This document shows positions 10,368 through 18,930 of a DNA stretch of 61,486 nucleotides, piece after piece (position 1 is the first letter of the stretch; the number at the start of each line of letters is the position of its first letter). Location: positions 1-61,486 of the forward strand of contig WQWP01000001.1 of assembly GCA_009787485.1 (NCBI GenBank). Direction: 5' to 3'. Below the pieces are notes generated by a model. The model was not told the DNA's origin. It ran no database searches and saw only the letters and a list, made by a program, of their open reading frames with translations. The position numbers and the translations under genes are program-made. The DNA is from Lentimicrobiaceae bacterium. Lineage in GTDB: Bacteria; Bacteroidota; Bacteroidia; Bacteroidales; WCHB1-69.

Positions 10368-12509
10368 ATGAACGATTCCCCCCAAAACCCACTCGGCAAC
10401 CGCATCATAGAACTCTTATCTAAAAGCGGAAAAGAAAAGTACAACTATAAGCAAATTGCTGCTAAGGCAGGTGTTTTTGACCGGAAAGGACGAGACACCG
10501 TAAAACAAATCATCAGCGATTTTGTGAATGCCAAAATCTTATTTCACGCAGGAAGAGGCAAATATAGCATCAACCCTAAATATTTAACCAAAGAGAATAC
10601 CGGAAAAAATTATGTGATCGGCAAACTGAGCATCAGTAAAAATGGCGCCGCTTATGTGATTATGGAAGGTTTGGGTGATGAAGATATTTTTATCGCCGAA
10701 GGAAATCTAAGCAACGCATTACATAATGATATTGTGAAGATTAATGTTTTTCCGGCGCGCAACAAACGTCGCCCCGAAGGACAAGTAGTTGAAATTGTAG
10801 AGCGCAGCAAAAAACAGTTGGTGGGCGTCATCTCCATATCCAAAGGAATTGCTTACTTCATTCCGGATAATCCGTCTTATCGCCGCGACATTCTGATTCC
10901 CGGACGTTTACTGAAAAGCGCAAAAACCGGAGATAAAGTGGTAATTCAGATTACCGATTGGGTAGTAGGAACCCGAAGCCCGCTGGGCGAAGTAATACAT
11001 GTGCTGGGAAAACCGGGCGACAACAACGTGGAAATGAACGCCATTTTAGCTGAGTACGACTTTCCGCTGGCTTTTAACGAGGCTGTAGAAAAAGAGTGTG
11101 AGAAGATTGACCCCGCAATTTCGGAAAAAGAGATCGCCTTACGCCGAGATTTTCGTAACATTACTACATTTACAATTGACCCCGCCGATGCTAAAGATTT
11201 CGACGATGCCATTTCGTATGAAGCCCTTAGTAACGGCATGCACCGTGTAGGCATTCATATTGCCGATGTTTCGCATTATGTGCGCCAGGAGAGCGCCATT
11301 GATAAAGAGGCTTACGAAAGAGGAACCTCCATCTATTTGGTGGACAGAACGATTCCGATGCTGCCCGATAAATTATCCAATGAACTCTGCTCACTCAAAC
11401 CGCACACCGATAAACTGTGTTACAGTGCCGTTTTCGATTTGGATGACAACGCCAAAGTGCATAAAGAGTGGTTTGGACGCACGATCATCAATTCGGACAG
11501 ACGTTTTGATTACGATGAAGCGCAAGAAATTATTGAAACCAAACAAGGAGATTTTGCAGAAACTGTGTTGAAAATTCACGACTTGTCTCAAAAATTACGT
11601 CAGCAACGTTTTGATAATAACGCCATTAATTTTGAAACGGAAGAAGTGCGCTTTAAATTAGATGAAAACGGAAAACCGATCGGCGTATTTTTAAAGGTAC
11701 AACGCGAATCGAACTGGCTGATTGAAGAGATGATGTTGTTGGCAAACAAACGGGTAGCCGAAAAAATCGGCAAAAAAATATCGCGTTTCAAAGAAGTGAA
11801 AACATTTGTATATCGTATTCATGATGAGCCGATTGGAGATAAAGTGGAGAATTTTAAAAACTTTGTGGCAAAAATGGGCTTCGAACTGAAAACCGGAAAT
11901 CGCAAGCAATTTACCCAATCGTTAAACGACCTGTTGGAAAAAGCCAAAGAAAAAAACGAATATGAATTGCTTTCCAAGCTCTCCATTCGTATTATGGCAC
12001 GGGCGGTCTATTCTACCGATAATATCGGGCATTACGGGTTGGCATTTCCGTACTACACGCACTTTACCTCGCCCATTCGCCGCTACCCTGATTTGATGGT
12101 ACACAGGTTGTTAGATGCTTATTTGCACGACAAACCTTCCGTAAATAAATACCAATACGAAGAACTTTGTAAACATTGTTCCAAAATGGAACAAAAAGCC
12201 ACTGAGGCGGAGCGTACCTCTATCAAATACAAACAAGCCGAATATTTAGCCGATAAAATCGGGCAAGTGTTTGAAGCCACCGTAAGCGGCATCTCCAAAT
12301 GGGGCGTTTTTGCCGAATTGAAAGAGAGCAAATGCGAAGGCATCATCCCCATAAAGCGTTTCGATGACGATTTCTATTATATTGATGATGATAACTTTAC
12401 ACTAATCGGCTTGCACACCGGAAAAAACATTCGCTTTGGCGACACAATAAAAGTAAAAGTAACGGAGGTGGATTTGCAGAAGAAAACGATGACGTTTGAT
12501 GTGGTTTAA
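10368..12509 (+). CDS. rnr: Ribonuclease R (RNB family 3'-5' exoribonuclease with C-terminal S1 domain)
   Basis: RNB motifs FTIDPADAKDFDDAIS, YLVDRTIPMLP, HYGLAFPYYTHFTSPIRRYPDLMVHR, and a C-terminal S1-like segment. Start moved to the ATG at 10368 (MNDSPQNPLG); the upstream 34 codons of the ORF look like repeat-derived noise. Confidence 0.93.
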   Translation: MNDSPQNPLGNRIIELLSKSGKEKYNYKQIAAKAGVFDRKGRDTVKQIISDFVNAKILFHAGRGKYSINPKYLTKENTGKNYVIGKLSISKNGAAYVIMEGLGDEDIFIAEGNLSNALHNDIVKINVFPARNKRRPEGQVVEIVERSKKQLVGVISISKGIAYFIPDNPSYRRDILIPGRLLKSAKTGDKVVIQITDWVVGTRSPLGEVIHVLGKPGDNNVEMNAILAEYDFPLAFNEAVEKECEKIDPAISEKEIALRRDFRNITTFTIDPADAKDFDDAISYEALSNGMHRVGIHIADVSHYVRQESAIDKEAYERGTSIYLVDRTIPMLPDKLSNELCSLKPHTDKLCYSAVFDLDDNAKVHKEWFGRTIINSDRRFDYDEAQEIIETKQGDFAETVLKIHDLSQKLRQQRFDNNAINFETEEVRFKLDENGKPIGVFLKVQRESNWLIEEMMLLANKRVAEKIGKKISRFKEVKTFVYRIHDEPIGDKVENFKNFVAKMGFELKTGNRKQFTQSLNDLLEKAKEKNEYELLSKLSIRIMARAVYSTDNIGHYGLAFPYYTHFTSPIRRYPDLMVHRLLDAYLHDKPSVNKYQYEELCKHCSKMEQKATEAERTSIKYKQAEYLADKIGQVFEATVSGISKWGVFAELKESKCEGIIPIKRFDDDFYYIDDDNFTLIGLHTGKNIRFGDTIKVKVTEVDLQKKTMTFDVV

Positions 12510-12526
12510 GAAAATATTTCAATGTA

Positions 12527-15500
12527 TTAAACAATCTCCTTCTTCCTCCTTTTCCTCCAAACCCCAAACTGTGCAAAACTCGCATACAACACCGGAATCA
12601 ACACCAGCGTAATCAATGTAGAAAACGACAACCCCCAGGCTACGGTCATTCCGAGTGCATTCCACATTTCGGCGCCTTCGCCTCTGCCGAGTGCTAACGG
12701 GATCATTCCCAATACAGTAGTTACGGCGGTCATTAAGATGGGGCGCAAACGGGAGTGGCCGGCAGCGATCACCGCTTCTTTGATGCCCATACCGCGCTCG
12801 CGGCACAGTATCGTGTAGTCAATGAGCACAATGCCGTTTTTCACTACTATGCCCACCAACATTACAATGCCCAGCAGCGCCATCAGCCCGAGGGCGGTGT
12901 TTGTAACGGCTAATCCAACGAGAACGCCGGTCAGTGCAAACGGAATAGAAAACATAATCACAAACGGATATGTAAAAGATTCAAATTGCGAAGCCATTAC
13001 AATATAGACCAATATGAGTATTAAAAGCACCAACGATATGATATCTCTAAATGCCTCTTGTTGATCCTGAAAAGTTCCTGCCAATATGGTGCTAACGCCA
13101 GCAGGTGTTTCTACATCTTCTAATAACTCCATAGTTGCAGAGGCAATGTCGCTCAATGCGGCGCCGGCGCCCACAATGCCCACTACTTTTACCACGCGCT
13201 CGCGGTCTTTGCGCTCAATAGTGGGTGGCGTTAATCTTTCTACCACATTGCCCAACTCACGCACTCTAATGCCCATTCCCTGTGCGTTATACACAATGAT
13301 GTTTTCAATAGCGTCAATACTTTTGCGGTATTGCGGAGCGTAACGTACTCTGATATAATACTCATCGCCGTCTTCGCGGTAGAAAGAGGCGATAGAGCCG
13401 CTAAAACGGCTTTGAATGAAAGAGGAAACAGTTGCCAGATTCAATCCTCTTTCCGCTAATTTTTGCCTGTCGAAATCTATTTGAATTTCAGGTGCATACT
13501 CCGCACGGCTGATATTTACCTGGGTGCATCCCGGAATGGCGCGCATTCTTTGGGCTACTTCCGATGCAAATCGGTCGGTAACGTTAAAGTCGTAGCCATA
13601 CACTTCAACCGTTACGTTATTTCCTCCGCCCATGCCGCCGCCTGCATCTACTGCAAACCTGTTAATTTCAGGGAACTGGTTCAGTCTTGCCCGAATTTCA
13701 TCCGCAACCTCTTCAATACCACGAGTCCGTTGCGTTTTCTTTACCATTCTAATTGTCATGGAAATAATATGCGAGCCGTTGTCTTGCAATCTTCCCCATG
13801 CGTTGCTTTCGTCGGGTTGCCCCACACTAAAGTTAACCCGTATAATCTCAGGATATTTTTCACGCAACTCATTTTGAAAATCCAAAGCAAAAGCTCTAGT
13901 AATCTCCATTCTTGTTCCAATCGGAAACTTGATATTGACCCCAATACGCGCATTATCCTGTGTAGGAAGAAATTCGGTGGGTATAATCTTCATCAACATC
14001 AACGAAGAAGCAAAAACTAATGTGGCGCCAACCACTACAATAAGTTTGTTGTTTACCGACCAGTTCAGCACTTTTCCATATCCGATATCTAATTTATCTA
14101 ATGCTCTTTCAATGGGTGAATAGAGTTTTTTGTACCATTTGCCTTGTTTATCGCCTTGTTTCAGCATGTAAGCTGCCATCATGGGCGTTAAGGTGAGCGC
14201 CACAATAGTAGAGATCACGGCTGTAATACTAATAATCCAACCCATTTGTTTGAATAAAATACCTGCCATACCTTGCAACATGGTGAGCGGGATAAACACC
14301 ACCAAAATCACTAAAGTGGAAGCCACTACCGATAAGTAAACCTCGCGGGTGGCAAACACCGAAGCCGCACGCGGTTTGCTGCCCCGATCAATATGTTTGC
14401 TAATGTTTTCCAAAATGACAATCGCGTCGTCTATTACCATCGCAATGGCAATACTTAAAGAAGATAAAGAGATGATATTGATTGTGTTGCCTGTTATTAA
14501 CAAATAAATAAAAACTGCTACGAGGGAAACAGGAATGGTAATGGCGATAATAAAAGTAGCACGCCATCTGCCCAAAAACAGCATGATCACTACTATAATA
14601 AGCACCAAAATGATGACAATGGCATTTTGTAAACTATTGATAGTATTGATAATACTTTCGGAACTATCCCAAACCGGAGCAAGTTTAACATCGGGAGGAA
14701 GTGTTTTTTCTAATCCGGGTAACAACTCATTTATTTTTTTACAAATCTCCACTGAATTTGCACCTGCTTGTTTTTGAATGACTAACAAAGCACCTTGCTT
14801 TCCGTTGGTAAAAACCTCCTGCAATCGTTCCTGAATGGTGTCGGCAACTACAGCCACATCGTGTAAATATATATTTCGATTATTGAAACTGCCCACTACA
14901 ATATCGTTCATTAACTTAGTATCCATAAACTCGCCTTGCACGCGCATGGAGTAGGTTTGTGTGCCAACATCAATGGTGCCTAACGGCAAGTTCATGTTTT
15001 CCATACGGATGATTTGCGTAATTTGCTCAATAGTTAACCCGTAAGATTCTAATTTAAAAGGATCTGCGTAAACATTGATTTCGCGTTTCGGCGCGCCGGA
15101 GATGGAAACCGTTCCCACGCCGTTAATCCGGCTAAGCGGTGACGCCACTCTATCGTCTAAGATTTTATACAGGGCATTGGTACTCTCTTTGCTTTCCACC
15201 GAAATCATCATAATGGGCATATCTGCCGCGCTAAACTTGTAAATGAAGGGTTTGTTCACATTGTCGGGCAGCATCGGCGTAACCATATCCAACTTGTCGC
15301 GCACATCGTTTACGGCTTGTTCAATATTAATGCCATATCTGAATTCAAGCGTGATGATGCTGTAATTTTCGCGCGAGTTGGAAGTAATGTGCTTCAAATC
15401 GCTCACCGTGGCTAATATATTTTCGAGCGGCTTGGTTACGTTATTCTCAATATCAGAGGGACTTGCACCGTTGTAGCTGGTAAATACCAAAATGGTGTTG

Positions 15501-15625
15501 CTGCCCAAATCGGGCAAAAAGTCAATCGCCAATCTTGTTAACGAATAAATACCGATAATGGCAACCGCTACATACACAAGCGCTGTGGTAATAGGATTTT
15601 TTACGGATGACGCAGAGATATTCAT
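12527..15625 (-). CDS. RND efflux transporter permease subunit (AcrB family), no adjacent adaptor gene
   Basis: 1032 aa with 12-TM / two-large-loop RND architecture, the N-terminal motif NPITTALVYVAVAIIGIYSL..LAIDFLPD, and a conserved VIDDAIVILENI segment. Confidence 0.92.
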   Translation of the reverse strand: MNISASSVKNPITTALVYVAVAIIGIYSLTRLAIDFLPDLGSNTILVFTSYNGASPSDIENNVTKPLENILATVSDLKHITSNSRENYSIITLEFRYGINIEQAVNDVRDKLDMVTPMLPDNVNKPFIYKFSAADMPIMMISVESKESTNALYKILDDRVASPLSRINGVGTVSISGAPKREINVYADPFKLESYGLTIEQITQIIRMENMNLPLGTIDVGTQTYSMRVQGEFMDTKLMNDIVVGSFNNRNIYLHDVAVVADTIQERLQEVFTNGKQGALLVIQKQAGANSVEICKKINELLPGLEKTLPPDVKLAPVWDSSESIINTINSLQNAIVIILVLIIVVIMLFLGRWRATFIIAITIPVSLVAVFIYLLITGNTINIISLSSLSIAIAMVIDDAIVILENISKHIDRGSKPRAASVFATREVYLSVVASTLVILVVFIPLTMLQGMAGILFKQMGWIISITAVISTIVALTLTPMMAAYMLKQGDKQGKWYKKLYSPIERALDKLDIGYGKVLNWSVNNKLIVVVGATLVFASSLMLMKIIPTEFLPTQDNARIGVNIKFPIGTRMEITRAFALDFQNELREKYPEIIRVNFSVGQPDESNAWGRLQDNGSHIISMTIRMVKKTQRTRGIEEVADEIRARLNQFPEINRFAVDAGGGMGGGNNVTVEVYGYDFNVTDRFASEVAQRMRAIPGCTQVNISRAEYAPEIQIDFDRQKLAERGLNLATVSSFIQSRFSGSIASFYREDGDEYYIRVRYAPQYRKSIDAIENIIVYNAQGMGIRVRELGNVVERLTPPTIERKDRERVVKVVGIVGAGAALSDIASATMELLEDVETPAGVSTILAGTFQDQQEAFRDIISLVLLILILVYIVMASQFESFTYPFVIMFSIPFALTGVLVGLAVTNTALGLMALLGIVMLVGIVVKNGIVLIDYTILCRERGMGIKEAVIAAGHSRLRPILMTAVTTVLGMIPLALGRGEGAEMWNALGMTVAWGLSFSTLITLVLIPVLYASFAQFGVWRKRRKKEIV

Positions 15626-15772
15626 AGTGTTTTTCTGTTTTAAAAATAAAGGTGGCGAAAATATATCTTTTTTTGGAAATTTCTCAAATTTTGTATCTTT
15701 TGTAGGAAATTGTGAAATTCAATATCAAACAAAGTTATCCGTTGGCTGAAGTCAACAGCAATGATTTTGTCC

Positions 15773-17050
15773 TCATTCCATCGTTACCACTCGCTGCCCC
15801 ACCACACAATCAATGCACCTTTTTTTCTCACAATATTCGTTATGCAACTCCAGCAACGCTTGCGAATCTCCGGCGTTTTTTGCACAAAATCCTAAACATT
15901 TGTATTTTTTTGTGATGCAATTTTCTTCAAAGGGCAGAAATTCAAGCAATCGCATGCTGTATTCCTGAAGTTTTTCGTTGCCTATGAAGGTGCCGTAAAC
16001 ATAAAGAAAAGGAATCAGCGCATTGATGAGGAGCAGGTGGAAACTCTTTTCACCCATTATTTTCTCGCTTTTACGGCTTGTTTTGCCAAAATAATAGTGT
16101 GTATCCCAATAATCGTTGGGCTTGTTAATGAAGATGCTTTGGAAATAGGTGAGATTTTTGGAAGTGGTAATTTTTGTAAATAAATTATGATGGGTAAAAA
16201 TGATTTCGCCTAATTGCGCCAAACGGATGCAAGGGAAATTGTGAGGACGTAAACGCAATAAATTCCAACACTTTGCATCAACAGGAACCAATTTATATTT
16301 TGCTCTGAGATATAAATACTCGTTTTGTAATGATTGATAATAAGCATCTTCTAACTCTTCTTCCAACATTCCGGCTTGTCCGAAAACAAGTGCGGAAATT
16401 TGCAAGTGCGAGTCGGCATGTTTCTTTAATATTTTGTATGGTAATGCTTTGCCAAGCATTTCAAAAGCAGGCGCATTGGTTTTAAATCCAAAACTTTGAC
16501 ATAGAATGTAAAATAGCGCCTGTTCCCAATCTTCTGAAAATGTGTGCAATATCTCAAAAACCTGGGCTTGCCTTCGCATTAATCTGTCGAAAGCCAATCG
16601 GGTAAAAAAAGATTGCATCGTTAAAGGATGGATTCTTTCAATGTATGCCTCGCAAGGCATCGGACGTGCAGCGTACATCAATTGACTGTACCGCAATAAA
16701 AGCTGGGAAGATAACAACGGTTGCAACTCCAACGTGGGCAACAGCGTTTCTTGCGCTATGAAAACATCCTGGTCGTGCTCGTACACCACATGCAGCACCA
16801 CCGAGTTGTATTTCATATCATATTGGTGCTGATGTTTGTACCAATCGGAAGAGCGGATGTGTATTTCCACATTGCCTGCCCATGTAACGTCGTCAATTTT
16901 AATAATTGCCTGTTTAAAATCGGGACCGGCATCCTGATGCGGAAACCCTTGGTTTAATATGGCAAGAGGTTGGTTGTGAACAGTTTTTAACTGCTCTTTG
17001 GCAAACCACTGGTTTTTCCAAATGTAATGCAATAGCTTTTCTGAGATCAT
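15773..17050 (-). CDS. DUF2851 family protein
   Basis: 425 aa. The N-terminus EKLLHYIWKNQWF is characteristic of DUF2851 as I remember it, and there is a C-terminal Cys cluster CEKKRCIDCVVG. Confidence 0.7.
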   Translation of the reverse strand: MISEKLLHYIWKNQWFAKEQLKTVHNQPLAILNQGFPHQDAGPDFKQAIIKIDDVTWAGNVEIHIRSSDWYKHQHQYDMKYNSVVLHVVYEHDQDVFIAQETLLPTLELQPLLSSQLLLRYSQLMYAARPMPCEAYIERIHPLTMQSFFTRLAFDRLMRRQAQVFEILHTFSEDWEQALFYILCQSFGFKTNAPAFEMLGKALPYKILKKHADSHLQISALVFGQAGMLEEELEDAYYQSLQNEYLYLRAKYKLVPVDAKCWNLLRLRPHNFPCIRLAQLGEIIFTHHNLFTKITTSKNLTYFQSIFINKPNDYWDTHYYFGKTSRKSEKIMGEKSFHLLLINALIPFLYVYGTFIGNEKLQEYSMRLLEFLPFEENCITKKYKCLGFCAKNAGDSQALLELHNEYCEKKRCIDCVVGQRVVTME

Positions 17051-17100
17051 AACGAGTTAATTTTGAGTGTTTATAGTTTTTTTTTGCGAACGTGCAAATA

Positions 17101-17121
17101 TATATTTGAAAATTACGTTTG
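17101..17121 (+). promoter_or_regulatory. Two candidate -7 boxes (TATATTTG at 17101, TACGTTTG at 17114)
   Basis: Exact TAnnTTTG matches 25-45 nt upstream of the ATG at 17146. Confidence 0.35.
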
Positions 17122-17145
17122 TCAAGGGGTAAATACATTTTTTTT

Positions 17146-18930
17146 ATGAAAAAAATATTTATAACTGCAATTTCATTTCTTTTTATGGGATTTGCTTACA
17201 CGCAACCTATTGATACGGCGAGATTTAGATTAGACTTTACGCCCAAACTTCAAAATTTTCATAAGATTACGCAACCTGCTGTCATTCCTGAGGAAACGCA
17301 GGAGCCGGTAAATTTTGAATATGAAATAGTTCCGCAATCCATTGATCTTTCTTTTTCGCCCACGCCCATAAAACCGGTAAAACTTCCCGGAGAAGTAATG
17401 AAAAAACTCTACCGCAATTTTTTGAAGGTAGGTTTTGGCTATCCGGTTACCCCGCTCGGCGAGCTTTGTATCCACAATTTCGATAATTCTAAATTCTCTT
17501 ACGGGCTGAATGTCAACCACATTTCAGGTTGGGCGGGAGCGATCGGAAAAGAGATGAAAAATTATGCTTATGCACCGTTTAGCGATACGCGCACGCTGCT
17601 GTTTTTAAATACCTTTTTTAAGAATCAAACACTCTATTCTTCTGCAGGTTACAATCATCAAGTAGCACATTTATATGGATTTGACCGCAGACTTGGTTTC
17701 GATTCTCTATATTATGAGGAAAATTACAGAGATACGTTGAAAAACAATTTCCATCATGCGCATGCCGAAATCGGGTTGCGCTCTAATTACCTTCAGGATG
17801 ATGCTAAGCTTAAGCAAGATGTGCGTTTGAGTTATGATTTTCTTTACACGCACAAAAAAGATATGGAAAATCGTATCGGGTTGGCTTCGTTTTTTGCTTA
17901 TGATGTGCTGTTTAGAAAACTTAGCGGTTTTCTTCGCCCGCAATTGGATTTCAACATGGATTTTTACATTAACAGGTGGCATAATCATTTTGAATATCAA
18001 TGCATTACAGAACCATGCCCAGGCTTTCAAAACACTACAAACAGTTTTAAATTAGAGTTTGCGCCCACTGTTAAATTTTCACTACGAGAATATCACTTCC
18101 GCTTAGGTCTCGGTATTCCTATTATTAACGCGGACGGGAATGCAAAATGTCCAATATATCCGGTAGCAGAAGTGCAGTTGGGCATTGTGCCCGGCATTTT
18201 GAGTATTTACGCCGGTCTGGACGGAAATGTTAAATACAACTCACTCAAAGATTTACTCTATGAAAATCCATTTGTAAAACCCGGGCTGGATTCGCTCCGG
18301 TTTTCAAAAACACAAATCAGTATTTTCGGTGGGGTAAAAGGAAATTTGGTAAAGAAGTTGAATTACCATGTTTCGGCGCGCTACTCAAATACCCAGGATA
18401 TGGCGTTCTTCTTTTTGGATACGGCATCGTTGCTTAAAAATCAATTCGATGTAGTGTATGCCAACGTGAATTGGGTAAACGTTTGCGCCAATTTAAACTG
18501 GCAAGTGGTGGATAGATTGTATTTGAATTTGGAAGCGAATTATTGGGGCTACTTCAAGTATCAAGAACAAATTGAAAAGCCTTGGTACAAACCCACTTGG
18601 GAAGTAGCCTTCTCCGGAAAGTATTACCTCAAAGAGAAATTCATCTTCGACCTCAATATGAAATTAGGGTTTGACAGCTACGCCTTGAAGCCTTCTTTAA
18701 ATGAAGAACAAAAGATTGTATATGACATCGTTAAAATGAGCCCTGTTATAAACTTTGGCGTAGGTTTTGAATATTTAGTTACGAAACGGTTTTCATGCTT
18801 TGCCACTGTAAACAACCTTGGTTTTCAACATTTTGAGAAATATTATGATTTCAAGAATGTTGGGTTTAATGCAATTATTGGGGTTACTTATTCTTTTGGG
18901 GATGAGAGTTTGAGGAGGGGGAAGAGGTAA
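17146..18930 (+). CDS. Putative outer-membrane beta-barrel protein (porin-like)
   Basis: Signal peptide MKKIFITAISFLFMGFAYTQ at the internal ATG 17146, about 590 aa with an alternating aromatic pattern, ending ...GVTYSFGD. Confidence 0.6.
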   Translation: MKKIFITAISFLFMGFAYTQPIDTARFRLDFTPKLQNFHKITQPAVIPEETQEPVNFEYEIVPQSIDLSFSPTPIKPVKLPGEVMKKLYRNFLKVGFGYPVTPLGELCIHNFDNSKFSYGLNVNHISGWAGAIGKEMKNYAYAPFSDTRTLLFLNTFFKNQTLYSSAGYNHQVAHLYGFDRRLGFDSLYYEENYRDTLKNNFHHAHAEIGLRSNYLQDDAKLKQDVRLSYDFLYTHKKDMENRIGLASFFAYDVLFRKLSGFLRPQLDFNMDFYINRWHNHFEYQCITEPCPGFQNTTNSFKLEFAPTVKFSLREYHFRLGLGIPIINADGNAKCPIYPVAEVQLGIVPGILSIYAGLDGNVKYNSLKDLLYENPFVKPGLDSLRFSKTQISIFGGVKGNLVKKLNYHVSARYSNTQDMAFFFLDTASLLKNQFDVVYANVNWVNVCANLNWQVVDRLYLNLEANYWGYFKYQEQIEKPWYKPTWEVAFSGKYYLKEKFIFDLNMKLGFDSYALKPSLNEEQKIVYDIVKMSPVINFGVGFEYLVTKRFSCFATVNNLGFQHFEKYYDFKNVGFNAIIGVTYSFGDESLRRGKR

